A stretch of DNA of 64,000 nucleotides from the NCBI RefSeq assembly GCF_009914755.1, contig NC_060942.1; one strand, given 5' to 3'. Below are positions 12,250 to 25,984 of this stretch, one piece after another. How positions within the stretch are numbered: the first letter of the stretch is position 1; the number at the start of each line of letters is the position of its first letter. The notes under the pieces are model-generated. The model was given only the letters and a program-made list of their open reading frames with translations, ran no database searches and was not told where the DNA came from. Origin of the DNA: the human T2T-CHM13v2.0 reference genome, Homo sapiens. The translations under genes and the position numbers were made by a program.

Positions 12250-13030
12250 ATAGGTACTATGCAATGATTGCTTTCTGTATACCAGACCCTCCTTTATAAA
12301 CATTATCTCATTTAATTCTTCTAATAACCCTGCAGTGTGTACTATTAATACTTTCATTCTGTGGGTATAGAAACTGAGACAAAGTTTAAGCAATCTGTCA
12401 AGGCCACACAGCTTATATTAGGACTCAGATCTGTCTGTTTTCTTAAACTATTAAGGGTAGCTTCCTGTGAGGGTCTCAGCCTCCAGGACTGGCCCACAGT
12501 TCCAACAGGCCCTTCCCTGGTCAACTTCATTGGGTAGAATTCACACCAGCTCTCTTCTACCCTGGTCCTCTTATGCTACCTGTGGTGCCAGCTGGGAGAT
12601 CTTAACCACTCACCCAGCTTAACACAACTACCTAAAAGCTAATGACTCCCAGGCTGGTATTACCAGGATCAATTTCTCTTCTGCTCTCCAAATCTTAATG
12701 TCCACTCTCCCATTGAATTCCTTTGTCTAGATGGTCTTCATGCCTTTCTACATTAATGTAAGAGTCACCTTCACCACAAAGACTTTCCTGACTTTTCTCA
12801 GGTAGATCTGCCACATTGTGTCCCCATTGTTTTCTGCACACACCCTACCACTACTCCAGTAATATTGTATTTGTTTACATACCCTCCTCTCTTTACCATT
12901 CTGGCAGCTCCTTGATAACAGAGACTATTTCCATTTTGTCTCTAAATCCCTAGGACATAGTGCAATGTCTGACATAGTAGGAAAGTGTGAATGCTTGTTG
13001 AATGGGCAAATAGATGAATGAATGAATGAA
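12250..13030. mobile_element. MIR (minus strand) followed by L2 3' fragments
   Basis: atctcatttaattcttctaataaccctg...gaaactgag; L2 tail tgcttgttgaatgggc...gaatgaatgaatgaa. Confidence 0.6.
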
Positions 13031-13944
13031 TTATATGCACCAATCATAGTCAACATTTGGCTGTTGTGTTCATTATTAATTGCATATAACCAAGTGTCCA
13101 ATACCGTTATGTGGCCCAAGAGAAATAGATTTTGAAGATGCAGAAACAGGTTCCACTTTATTTCCAAACCTGAAGTTAACCTGCAAGAAAAGTATCTAGA
13201 ACTAGATCACAACAGGGTAAAATATCTATTTGTTTCAGTTCCTCAAATCAATTCAAACCCCGTTAATACTTAATTTAATTCACTGGCTTTTTTAACAAAG
13301 AACATTAACAGATATGTTATTAAGCTGTGGGGTCATTCATAATTGGTCATCTCTCTGTGAATTAAATTTTAAAAAGGAAAAGTAAAATCAAAGAATAATC
13401 AGATTTCCTATTTATGCAGGGCAACTAAGTTAAATTATATTTACTTTCTAAAAATAGATTATTTTCTTAAGAAACAAACATTTATTTTGATCTCAAGTGA
13501 TCTCAATATATCTTATATAGAGTTAACAAATACATTCCAGGTAATAGTATTATAGACTTAATAGATTTAGCATGCATTTAATGATGTTTGAGTGTAGAGC
13601 ACTGAGCTGAGACCTGAAGGAAAACAAAGATAGATTGAACACCGCCTCTTCCCTAAAAAGGAGCCTGGAAACAATAGAAGGGTGTAAGCCTCGAGGGATG
13701 GGCTGAGCTAAGCTGACGATGGAACTTATGCTTCAAGATATCAAGTACTGAGGCATTTTGAAGTCTTGGTCTAGTGGCATGTCTAATGGTGGAGAGGCCT
13801 CTTGGGTCTGCAGAGAAAGCAGGATGTGGGATAAAAGGCCACTTTAAAACCACACTTTCCTTATTAATTGCCAGCAGTGATGGGAACCTCGAGTGTGCCC
13901 CTATCGCCAGCTGCCATAAACAATACTGTGGTGAGCATGTGATG

Positions 13945-14068
13945 ACTCTCAATCCAATGACTAGTGTTCTTATAAAGAGAGAAGAGGACACAGAGGTGTG
14001 AAGACAGAGGCAGGTGATGAATTGCTAGGAGCCGCCAAAAGCTGGAAGACGCAGGGAAGATTTCTTCC
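13945..14068 (+). mobile_element. MLT1 (MaLR LTR) fragment
   Basis: aatccaatgactagtgttcttataaagagagaagaggacacagag...gctggaagacgcagggaagatttcttcct. Confidence 0.65.
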
Positions 14069-14077
14069 TAACATGTA

Positions 14078-14219
14078 AACAGCACCAAAGGGATGGTGCT
14101 AAACCATTAATGAGAAATTTCCCCCATGATCCAATCACTCCCTCCAGGCCCCACCTCCAATATTCGGGATTATAATTCGACATGAGATTGGGAAAGGGAC
14201 ACAGATCCAAACTATAGCA
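14078..14219 (-). mobile_element. MST (MaLR) LTR 5' portion
   Basis: Reverse complement reads tgctatagtttggatctgtgtccc...ggtttagcaccatccctttggtgctgtt, the first ~140 nt of an MST LTR. Confidence 0.8.
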
Positions 14220-15452
14220 AGTATTGAAGAATTGGGGATCATATTTTAAAAACACCACAGTCAGGATACCTGTCTTGGGTCCCTTTTCGCAATTAGTTGT
14301 GTCTTCTTGAAAGAAGACCTTTACCTTGCTGGTTCTAGGTTTTTTGCAAAGAAGATGAGGATATTGGGCCACATGGCTATCTAAGGATCTCTGATTCAAT
14401 GTCCACACATCACCACAGTGTTTAGGTATAGGAAAACTCTGCTGTAAGAGTTGTTTTAGCTTGTCAGTGGTTATATTGTATCGAGATCCCTTCACACATG
14501 GCCGAATCCATGTCCTTGTGGAGCTTATTTAGCTCGGCTGCAGTTTTAGGTCTATTTCAGATATCCCCCTGAATTCTGAAGGGGGCGGGGGAGGCTAACT
14601 CCCCCGCTGGGATGCAGGCTCCGTTGTGCTGCCATCCCCTCCCTTGGGCTGCCTTGCACAAGGACTCAATCATGGAGTAGCTTGCTCAGAATCTGAAAGA
14701 GTAGCTGCTTTCCTGTTCCATTAGCTTCTTCTCCAAGATCTGTCTAAGAGAGCATAAAATATCTTCAAGTTAGGGAAGGGTATAGACAAGAGATGGAGGG
14801 ATTTGCTCAGTACCTTTTATTTCCTCACTACAGCAGATGGAAGAGATGCTGCTGCTTCTGCCTTGTGATGCTAGAGGAACCAGGGAGATCAGGGAGGTTA
14901 CTCCCTCACACCAAAACCTGGAACACAAGATGAGAAACTCTTATCAAGACCTAATGTACACCTGTAAGATGAGATATGAAAATGAAGCACCTCCTAAACT
15001 ACCAAGAGCAGGTGGATTAACTTGGATGTGATTGCAGAATCCACATGACAGATTCTATGCCTAACCATGATATAGGCTCAGAGTCATTTTCATTTTTTTC
15101 CAATGGATGTTTGCAGGGCCCTCCTTCAGAGAGGGGTGATCAGAGGAGACAGGAAGAATAAGCTACGGAGAAGTGCTGACCTTGTTTATTGAGGAATTTC
15201 TGAGTGTACCGGAGGAATCACAACCCAGGGAGAAGTCAGACAGACATCTCAGAAAAAGAATGCTAACCAAAACAAGAAGGTTTTTACTGATCCTCTTCAA
15301 TTCTCACTTGGATGTATAACTGTATCACTTACAAGTTCATCTTTTTTTACATAATAGATGAGTTCCAAAGAACTACTATGTAGAAATATTTTTCTAAGTA
15401 TTTTATAACATTTTAATGTGCAATGAAAAGTGCTTATTTTAAAAAGGATTAC

Positions 15453-15732
15453 TTGGTGCTGTTCTCATGATAGTAAGTGAGCTCTCTTGAGATCTTTTTG
15501 TTTAAAAGTGTGTGGCGCCTCCACTCTCTCTCTCTTGCCCCTCCTCCTACCACATGACAGTGCTTGTTCCCGCTCGCCTTCTGCCTTGATTGTAAGTTTC
15601 CTGAGGCCTCCCCAGAGGCCGAGCCGATGCCAGTATCATGCTTCCCATACAGCCTGCAGAACCGTGACCCAATTAAACCTCTTTTCTTTATAAATTATCC
15701 AATCTCAGGTATGTCTTTATAGCAATGTGAAC
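15453..15732 (+). mobile_element. MST (MaLR) LTR 3' portion
   Basis: ttggtgctgttctcatgatagtaagtgag...tgtaagtttcctgaggcctccc...aattaaacctcttttctttataaatta...tttatagcaatg. Confidence 0.85.
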
Positions 15733-15734
15733 TC

Positions 15735-16250
15735 TCTTATTGAGAAGACATCTGTGTCCCTTCTCCTTGAATCTGGGCTCTGTGATTGATTGACCAATGG
15801 TATATGACAGAATTGACAGCATAGTAGGTTCCCAACCCAGGACTTTAAGAAACTGGGAGCTGCCACTTTCTGTCTCTTAGAACTCTTATTAGTGGAACCC
15901 AGCAACCATGCTGTGAGGAAGCCCAAGCAGCCCATGGAGAAGCTAATGTGGAGAGGAATTAATGTCCTTAGTTTTCAGCCCCCAGCTGAGCTCCCAGGCA
16001 ATAGCAAGTCCCAATTTATCAGCCATGTGAGCAAGCCATTTTGGAAGTGAATCTTTCAGCTCCACTTCACCCCAGTCCCACTTCATTCCAGCCCCAGTTG
16101 GTGCTTCATGGAGCAGAGGTGGGCCTTCCCTGCTAACCTCTGTTCAAATTGCAGATTGGTGAGTTAAATAAATGTTTACTTTTAGTCATTTAATGGTTTT
16201 AAGCCACCAACTTTTGGGGTAATTTGTTCCATAGCAATAAATGACTACAG
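15735..16250 (+). mobile_element. MLT1G/H-like MaLR LTR
   Basis: ccatgctgtgaggaagcccaagcagccc...cagccatgtgagcaagccatt...ttaagccaccaacttttggggtaatttg. Confidence 0.7.
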
Positions 16251-16337
16251 TACTTTCTGTCCAATATACTCCCTATTATACCATCAACCGACATCTTCTT
16301 GGGAACGGGAGATGGGACAAGTGGGTGAAATACTACA

Positions 16338-16470
16338 TCAATGTTTCTCACACTTAGCCAGATATCAGAATGACCTGGAAAGTTGTTAAAAATGCAAATC
16401 TCCTATTTCAGTAGATCTTGGGTAGGTACAGAAACCTGCATTTTTAACAAGTGTTCCAATTGTCCAAGAA
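16338..16470. mobile_element. MER5 fragment
   Basis: caatgtttctcacactt...tcagaatgacctggaaagttgttaaaaatgca. Confidence 0.6.
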
Positions 16471-16809
16471 TACTGTATTGTCACAGGTTAATTAAATTAT
16501 GGTTACTCTAATAGAAGAACAAGTTCATTGGCTCGAAACACTTTAGGAAAATTACAACTGTCCTTCTGCTCTACCTTCTTTCATACCTTTATCATTTTGT
16601 AATTTGAAAGAGAATGGTATTCTAGCCTCCTAGAAAGAAGAACAAAATATTACATTAATCCGCTTAGTCATATTAGCTAAACTCCATAGCTTTGGAGTTG
16701 AGAGGCCATTTGCCTTAAAGTTCTGCTGTTCAAATTCTGCATGCTCAGGGCTTCCAGCCTACAACTCTGCCCTGTGTCCTCTCAGCTGCCTGTCACTTAC
16801 TGGAGACAG

Positions 16810-17045
16810 ACGCAGGGTGGTAGGAGCACATACCTAGGAACCAGACAAACCTGGGTTCAAAGCCTAGGGGGCTTCTTGTTAGGTGTGTGACGTTTAGCAA
16901 GTTATCTTTCTAAGTCTCCGATTACTCATCTATAAGATGATAATAATCATGTTGCCTATCTCACAGGATTGCTGTGAGGATTAAATGACCACTATACATT
17001 AAGTGCTCAGTACAATGCCTGGCACACAGTAATGGCTCAATAGAT
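16810..17045 (+). mobile_element. MIR SINE
   Basis: cctgggttcaaa...ctcatctataagatgataataat...gtgaggattaaatga...gcctggcacacagtaa. Confidence 0.75.
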
Positions 17046-18249
17046 ATGTCCAACAAAAGATAAATACACATCATGAGTGTCACCCACTACCTACATTTAT
17101 ACCTGGAGATGGGAAAATGGATAAAATCAGTGGTAACCCCACATTGATATGAGCCAGAGTCAAATCACTAGGGCATATTTTAAAAACACAGATTTCGAGA
17201 CCCCAGTCTCACTGACTCTGGGTCAGTAGATGCGCATGAGCCCAAGAATTTGTGCAAATAATTAGAAGGAAGCATCAGGTTTGGGATCCAGTAGAGCACT
17301 CAGATTTTTTTGCTCTGGACCATGCTGAAGACCAGTTCATCAAAATCGTCTGTGAGATATTGCTCCACGCCAGCATATTTCCCTGCATTTTATGCACCCC
17401 AGCTGCAACAACGAGGCTACCATGCTGCTTGACAGACTTGAATGACACAGGCCTCCATGGGTTAGTACTGTTTTTAGCTTCCAAGGAGACTGATTCTCTA
17501 GTCTTTCCAGGACAAGGAGTGAGGAAAGCCCCGGGCACCTTGGCTTCCTTAACTTCTCCCAAAGCTTCACATTCGCCACCTTCACACTTGACCCTGCTCT
17601 CTACCCACAGAATAAAAGTAGATGTCACTACCCGAGATTTTAATTAATCATCTTTCTATTTTTTTTTCCTTTTGGGTTAGACTCCTAAGTGTCTATCATG
17701 TTGATAGCACTCTGGGGAGTCTTTTGTTCTGAATAGGGGAAAAATTGTACCCACAAAAAGAGTTCCCCATCAGATCAATTCTAACAACTTTATTGATTAG
17801 CTGCAGGAACATTTTTCATTTATTAATTATGAGGAAGATGTTTCAGGGATTCCTTAAAGTTAACTATTGTGATTTTTTTTAAATACTGAATTAACATTGA
17901 CTGACTTGACTCAAACTGCTTAACAGGGCACAGAGTCTTAAAGCAGGTATTTGGATTCTCAGCGCAGGAAGCTATTAAGTGCCTGTGAGCATAGGCAGTG
18001 GTCTGAATCTTCATTTGGGACTGATTAATTGATTACTTGAAAAAAAAAAAATGGCTTGTCCTTTTCAATAATGTGTTAGCATCAAAATATCATCCCATTG
18101 TGATCGCCAGGCTGGTGATAGTTAATTAATTAATCGCTGCCAGTTAAAAACAATGTTCGACCCAGGTAAATCTTTCATTTATTAAAATCAATTTTGGTAA
18201 TGGCTTTGCAAAGAGATTTGGGAGCAGAGTCAGGAATATTGGCCAGCTC

Positions 18250-18335
18250 CTCCTTCCCTCCCCACGCCTTTCCCTTCTTCCCTCCCTCTTCTCCCCCTCC
18301 CCCATTCCTCCCCCCACCTCACCTCCCTCCTCCAT
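18250..18335. repeat. CT-rich polypyrimidine tract
   Basis: Almost pure C/T run. Confidence 0.75.
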
Positions 18336-18836
18336 CCAGCTGCCCCTGACTCTGGGGTTGGCAGGTGTCTATTAGCGCCCCATTCAGCAGTGTGGGTCAG
18401 AGGCTCCCTGGGATGTGGATACTCTGTAGGTTGCAGGCTGGCTTCCTCCTCCTCCCCACGAGTTACTTAGCAGAAAACAATCTGACAGCAGACATCTCTG
18501 CCAGCTTAATTCCCAAGGCTTCCTGAGGAAGAAGGTTGGGCTTCTCGGAAGAGAGGGAACCTGAACCAGGAAAAGAAATTCTTGCTCCCCAGCCCATAGT
18601 AGTATCCCCAGCTCTGTCACTCACCACATCCTTGCTAGACTACATTCATGGCAAGTAACCCTAATCATGAAAGAAAGAAAAAAATGCATCCAACTTCATC
18701 AGTGAACAAGGCACTGTGCTGGACACAAACATGAATAGGGGTCCATCCCTGCCCTCAGGGTGACTCCAGTCTATGGAATCCATCTTTTTACAGTTCTAGC
18801 AGAACTGAGGAACATGCAGGAGGAAAACTGGTGGTG

Positions 18837-19200
18837 TGTATTAGTCTGTTTTGATGCTGCTAATAAAGACATATCTGAGACTGGGTAATTTATAAAGGAA
18901 AGAGGTTTAATTGACTCACAGTTCCACATGGCTGGGGAGGACTCACAATCATGGTGGAAGCAAAGGAGAAGCAAAGTCACATCTTACATGGTGGCAGGAA
19001 AGAGAGCATTTTGCAGGGGAACTCGCCTTTATAAAACCATCAGATCTCATGAAACTTATTCATTATCACAAGAACAGCATGGGAAAAACCCACCCCTCTG
19101 ATTCAATTACCTCCCACCAGGTTCTTCCCACAACACATGGGGATTACAGGAGCTATGATTCAAGATGAGATTTGGGTAGGGACACAGACAAACCATATCA
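18837..19200 (-). mobile_element. THE1 (MaLR) solo LTR, full length
   Basis: tgtattagtc...aaaccatatca termini; 5-bp target-site duplication (TSD) tggtg / tggca, consistent with reciprocal CpG decay of tggcg. Confidence 0.9.
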
Positions 19201-19996
19201 TGGCATGTGGATAAGATTAGGACAAGAGGAGATACCCACCTCACCTCAGGTGCTTCAGAGGAAAAATGGATTTGAATTCAAGGTAAAAGGTTATAAAAAA
19301 ATGTATTTCTCATGAGGAATAGGAGATGATAAAAATGAATCTGATTGGTGAATGTGAATGATGCCAGGGAAAATGAAAAGGGAGTAAGAGGCAAAACCAA
19401 ACCAAACCCCAAAATCCTTGTGGCTGCTCAGGGAGCTTACGGTGGAGTTTGAGGTTTTGGGGAGCCCTCAAGCAGAGTGGGCCGTGGGTTAGGGGTGGGG
19501 GGTGGAGGGCTGAGTCAGAGGAGCTTGGGGTCCTGAAGAGTCAAGTCAAATATCAAAAGCTTTGAGCCATGTGTTTGATGTAAAAAGATAAGTGAGGGGG
19601 GAGGAACACAGATTCAAGAAGGCTGATGTGGAAATATGAGGCCACAGGGCTGGTCTGGGTTCTCTAGCTAAAGAATCAGCCTTCCCAGGACTGGGGAGAG
19701 CTCAGCAGAAGGGAGGCAGTGAGGGACACAGGGGGCATGTGACCATTTAAAGTAGGTTGAAGTCTCCAGAAAAGTTACATCCCAGGCTCCTCAAAAAACT
19801 TGCAAATGTGACCTTAAAACTACTTACTGTTGTTGAGAAATTATGGAAATGAGGATAGGAAAACAATGTACTGGCAAAAGTTCCCATTCTCAAAAAGAAA
19901 GTGTAGATTCTGGAAACCATAAACTTGATCTCCCCTGACATGCATGCATAGCTCCCTGATAAAATTCCAGATCAAATTATTAAAAGGAAGATTGGA

Positions 19997-20368
<372 letters not shown>

Positions 20369-21003
20369 TTAGTGGTTAAAATAAAATTGCTAATAACAAG
20401 CCAAATGAACCATATTTCCTTTCTGATAAGGTTATAGGCTCATGTATCAGAGGCATGACATAATTGTGGATCTTCTCTATTCTAGCAAAGCAACTGAGCT
20501 GAGCTTGCCTGATATTCCTATGGGCAAATTTGTAAATTCTGGGTTGAACTGGTGCAGATAGTTTGAATCACTACCAATAAGCATTCTTACTGAAAGAATC
20601 TTGATTATTGAACAATGGGAGGAATTGAGTTTAGAATTCTTTTCCTAACCCTACCTTGTTCAAAGTTTGTTTGTTTGTTTGTTTTAAGTGAATGAAGGCA
20701 CAGGAAACATGCTTATCAGATTTCTACATATGACTCATGTCTGGAAGGGATAGTTAACACAACGAAAGAACAAATCAATATTCAAAGTTATTCTGTTAGG
20801 TTGGAATATGGAAAAAAACTTAAGAGTATAACAGGAATAAACATAAACTCTGAGTTTAGGTTAAAAAATCAATAACAAAGGCACAGCACTGAGAATGTGT
20901 GGCTTGGTAGCAGTTGACATAAAAAGAAGCTGGGAGTTTATCTGACATTAAGGATACAACAGCATCATGTGACTGGTAAGAAAGCTGATGCAGCATTAGG
21001 CAC

Positions 21004-21475
21004 TGTCTTAGTTTGGGTGACCCTAAGGCAAAACTTGAGATGAGAATTCCAGTACCAGTAATTACTTTGGAAGGTGAACCCAGGAAGCCTTCTCCCATAT
21101 GGGATGGGGGAAGTGACACAGGGAAGGAGCCAAGAAAGGATGAGCATCAAGTCAGTAGTGAGAAGGGTAACAGGAACATGATGCTGCCGGGAAACTCTGA
21201 AGAGGGTGGAGAGCATGAATCTCAGGGCTACCCCAGCTGAGTGGTGAGGGAGCTGGGGTTTTTATACTCCACCTTTCATTTCGTTACTGGCTGAAGACTC
21301 CTTTGGGGAGTGTTGACTCCTTGGCACTTCTGACTGTGCACAAAGCAGGCTCTGGCCGACAGAGAAAGTCCTCAGGCAAAGATATTTAGGTGCTGACAGT
21401 TAGAAATCAGGCCACCATGCACGAAAATGCTAGGGCTCAAGAAGATATGGGCTGGGCACCAGTGACGTCAGCTAT
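21004..21475. mobile_element. Ancient ERVL-type LTR (LTR33/40/41-like) inserted in L3
   Basis: Begins tgtcttagtttggg...ttggaaggtgaacccaggaag; L3 sequence resumes afterwards. Confidence 0.5.
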
Positions 21476-22111
21476 AGTCTCTAAGAATTATATAACAAAC
21501 ACATGTCTATCCTGCTGGGCAGCCATTATCTGGGGTGCTCTATTTAATTCTGGGTGCCACATTCAAGAAAAACATTGAAGAACTGGAGTAGAGAACCAAG
21601 ATCACAAAGGGTTTGAGGACCATGTCATCTGGAGATGGAACTAAGGAGAGCCAGTTTGGAAAAGGAAAAACAAGGGCAGATGATATCTGCTTGACATATT
21701 CTCTTGGGTGTCTAACAGACATCTTCAACTTAACATGTCCAAATGGGAGTTCAATGTTCTCCCTTGAAGCTAGAATACCATGTTTTAAATATGCTGGATA
21801 AATATAGAAAACATACTATGGCCCCTACTGCCACTACCCCTCCATCCTGCCATGGTCATACTCCTCTTCTAAAGGGAGGGTGTGAAAGGAGAACTGAGTA
21901 AATATGGAATACCAAAACACAAATGTCAAAAAGGTTAATATCTATACATAGAAGTGATTTTAAAGATGTGCTGGGCTTTGATATTGAAATAACTGAAAAA
22001 ATATACAAAACTTGGACAAATTCTTAATCTGGGGCTATAAAAGAATAACAAAAGGATCCATTTTTAAAAACTAAAGACAACACCATGGATGAACAAATAA
22101 GAGATTATTTA

Positions 22112-22413
22112 TGCTGGGTGCAGTGGCTTATGCCTATAATCCCAGCACTTTGGGAAGCTGAGGTGGGAGGATTGCTTGAACCCAGGGGTTCCAGACCAGC
22201 CTGGGCAACATGGCTAAACCTTGTCTTTACAAAAAAACAAAAAACAAAAATTAACTGGGTGGGGTGTCAAATGGCTGTAGTCCCAGCTACTTGGTAGGCT
22301 GAGGCCGGAGGATTGCTTGATCCTTGGGATGTCGAGCTGCTCAATCCCTGAAGGTCCATAATCATGTCATTGCACTCCAGCCTGTATGACAGAGAAAGAC
22401 CCTGTCTCAAAAA
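22112..22413 (+). mobile_element. AluJ
   Basis: Diverged Alu dimer (ggaggattgcttga); TSD aagagattattta / aagagattaatta. Confidence 0.9.
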
Positions 22414-24839
22414 AGAGATTAATTACCACTTACGCGAGCATATATTATAGATTAGATATTCCTACACATAGATAGATATATATTGATTCATTTAACTGTT
22501 AATTATTCATTCGTACAGGCATATAAACATTGCAAATTATAGCTGGGTATGACAGTACTGTGGTTTTGATATTAATACCAATTCTTCCCCACTGGTGAAA
22601 ATAAATGATGGCATTCCCAACCGATAGACCATTCAGTGGTGGAACTCCCTGTATGTTGATATGGAATCATCTTCAAGACCCAGCTTTCTCGCAATTAACA
22701 GTCTTCCTCTTGCCATGCTCACTGGCCCAGGGCTTCATTTGGTTTCAAGGCTGCCTTGTCTTCAAGGGTCCTTGTCTTCCTTGTGTTGCTCCAGGATCCT
22801 GGTCAGACTACTTATCAACCATGTGGCTTGAAAAAAATCCCATAACTTAACAGGATTCTAGTTTTCCCGAAATGTCTTTCTCATGGGCTTGCTGTGGAGA
22901 ACAAGTAGGGATAGAAATGAGTTTTTGGAGATTTGGGATTTGATTTTCTTTTGAGTTGGCCTGGGGAGAATGAGAAGCCAAAGATATCTCTAAAGCTGTC
23001 ATAGAAAGAAGCATTTGTTCTTTTTTTCATTTAATATTATTCTGGCTTGGGACAAAATACTTATTCTTATAATCCCTGCCTCCCTTGAGGAAATCATCCA
23101 GGAGGCAGTGACCTGGACCAATTGTAATGGACCTGTACAAATCTGAACAAATGCAAGAGAATAATGCAGAGAAACAAAGCATCTGCATCCAAGACACCAG
23201 GTTTGTACAGTTTAGGACAGAAGCTGTGGCCAGGGTGCTCTGGGAATCCTAAGTGTGGAGAAGAGAAGCTGTCAGCTCTCATCTAGGCTGTTCCAAAAGA
23301 CTCCTCACAACAGTCAGGATCCCACAGCAAATTGAATAAGCAGAAAGACACGGTTTGACTGCCAGATATAAGGGACATTTTCCAAAACTTAGAGAGAACC
23401 GATAGGATGCAGAAAGGACACTTAAATGTCTAGCGCTCAAAAACAAATTCAAATAGAATATCTACCTGTAACATAAAAATAAGTTATTTCTGTATAAATC
23501 TAAGAAATCAAAGTAAACATTTGAGGCAGGATGAAAAAATTAGAGCTGACTCTGATGATGTAAGGATTTTAACAAGAGCTTCATTGGATTATCTGTTGCT
23601 ATCAGTACTTTCTAGAGAATGAGGCAGAGAAAAGATAGAATGATTTTGTCTTCTTTCTTGCCAAGTGGCTGCCTTGCAAGGGCATGGAATTCTAGGCATT
23701 TTCAGTGCTCTGGGCTTTGTGGGATGCTGGTGAAAGAGTAACAATACCTTGTACCTGAACAAGTCTTTCCTAGTTGCAAAGCACTTTCTCATCAATTATC
23801 TTAGTTGAACTCAATATCACTATGAAAAATGCATTGTGAGGAAACAGGTTCTGCAAAGTGAGGGACTGTTGGCATCTCCCAGTGAGAAGTGGTGACCTGG
23901 AACACCTGTTTTCTTTTGTGTGTTCTTTGTACCATGCCATGCTATCTGTAAGACCCACTCCTCTTTTCCTAAAATATCTCACCCCTGACCCACCTTTATG
24001 TGCAAACTTTCATTCCTGAAGTTTCATTCTTTCAAGCAAAGATAGCTCTGGAGGCTCCATACCAAGATGAAAATACCTCTAGGAGGATGATCACATTGGT
24101 GCCATTATCTGCCAGCGAGGATGAGTTTATCTAATTGGACCCTTGGGAGATAGAAGATAAGACAGATATGTTCTGAAACAAGAATGAAGGGAATGTAAAA
24201 AAACTGGACACAAAACACTGCTAAAGACAGAAGGGGAATCCAGGCAAAGTGTCCAGAGGAAACTCTGGGACCCAGAGAGCATTTTTAAGGGCATGGAGTG
24301 ACCCAGAGAAAGTAGACAGAAAGGCCCTAAGACAAATGTCACCTACACTATGGTTTTACTGGGAGAAGGTTTAGATCATATGAGTCGTGGTAGGTCTTGA
24401 GTTTCAATATGGCAGATCAGCTAAGAGAGGTGAAGAGTTGGGTTGGTTGAATTAGAAAAGGGAGAACCTGGATGGACAGAGATGTCTATTGAGGTCAGTT
24501 AGCATAGAAAGGTGCCCAAGAGCTTTAAATCTAGACAGGGAAGGATATCCCAGGGTCTGGAGAATAAGCCCTTCAGAGAGAGAGAAAAAAAAAAACTTTA
24601 CAACGAACTGTGATGTGGAAGCCTGAGTAACAAGTCTGAGATGAGGGCCTGGCAGAGTGCACATCGAGCAGGTGAAGGTGACTAGACTGGCTGGATACAC
24701 TGAAATGCCACTGCAGCCTCCAGTTGCAGGAAGTCAGGGACCCAGGTTAAAGACTTGGGGACATAAATGAGTAGAGGCCTGAGCTCTGTTACCCAGGGTA
24801 CCAGGAGTTAGAAGCCTGGCTTGGAAAGGACGAGAAATT

Positions 24840-25570
24840 GGAGTTAAATACAACATACCCTTTGACCTATAATTTCACAGATGTTTTTCTACAGATATTC
24901 TCATGCATGTGAGAAATGTCATACATGCAAGAATATTCACTGTGGCATTGTTAGAAACAGCTTAAAGGTTCTTCAATAGAAGATGGCTAAAAAATTATTG
25001 CATACTCATGCAATAGAAAATTAAGCTGCAGAACTTCCTTGGCACTGATCTGGAACAATCTTTAAGAACGTGTCCTCAAAATAAGCAAAGAAAGAATGGT
25101 ATATATAGTGAGCTACCATGTTTTTTTTGTTTGTTTGAGACAAGGTCTCACTCTGTGGCCCAGACTGGAGTGCAGTGGCATGATCACAACTCACTGCAGC
25201 CTTGACTTCCTGGGCTCAAATGATCCTCCCAGCTCAGCCCCCCGAATAGCTACAGGCTACAGGTGTGTGCCATCGTGCACAATTAGTTTGTCTGTTTGTT
25301 GTTGTTGTTGTTTTTGGTAGGGATGGGGTTTCATTTTGTTGACCAAGCTGGTCTCAAACTCCTGGGCTCAAATTATGTTTCTGCTTCAGTCTCCCAAAGT
25401 GCTTGGATTAAAGGGGTGAGCCCCTGCACCCTGCCTTGTATTTCTTTTTATAAAACATACCTGAGGAGACTTCTGGGGATGAGATCTGGGTGGCTGAGTA
25501 ATAGATTGGGAAGAAGCTATTCTCAATATACTCTTATAACCTTGGAGATTTGTACTGTATATATGCATTA
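24840..25570 (+). mobile_element. Old L1ME-like 3' fragment interrupted by an Alu
   Basis: atgcaagaatattcactgtggcattgttag... L1 3' motifs. Confidence 0.55.
25121..25435 (-). mobile_element. AluJ
   Basis: tgagacaaggtctcactctgtggcccagactggagtgcagtggcatgatc...cctgggctcaaatgatcctccc. Confidence 0.9.
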
Positions 25571-25718
25571 GCTATTAACAACAACAACAACAACAAAAAG
25601 GCCTGGAAGGATTAGATGACAGGGAGCAGGAGCCAGAACCCAAAGAAAATGTACCAAAATGAAAGGTTAGGCAGAGGCAGGTCAGTGGGCTGGGGCACAA
25701 TGTTGGGCCAGGGTGTCT

Positions 25719-25984
25719 TACTTGCAACCTCATCCATGTGGTTCTTGCAAGATTCAGTTCCTCGTAGACTATTGATGAGACTAAGGGTCTCATTGCCTTG
25801 CTGGCTGTTGTCCAGGGGACCCTACAGTTCCTTGTCATGGAGGCCTCTTCACAGGGCAACTTGCAACATGGCAGTGGGCTTCCCTCAAAGCAAGTGAGAA
25901 GGCAAGAGAGAGTGCACAGCCTTTTTACATACTAATATCAAAAGTGACATCCCATCAACTCTATTGCATTCTATTCTCTAGAAG
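25719..25984 (-). repeat. Dispersed local duplicate of MLT1 interior (copy of 27871-28133)
   Basis: Direct comparison: 6 substitutions and 2 small indels over ~265 bp. Confidence 0.95.
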
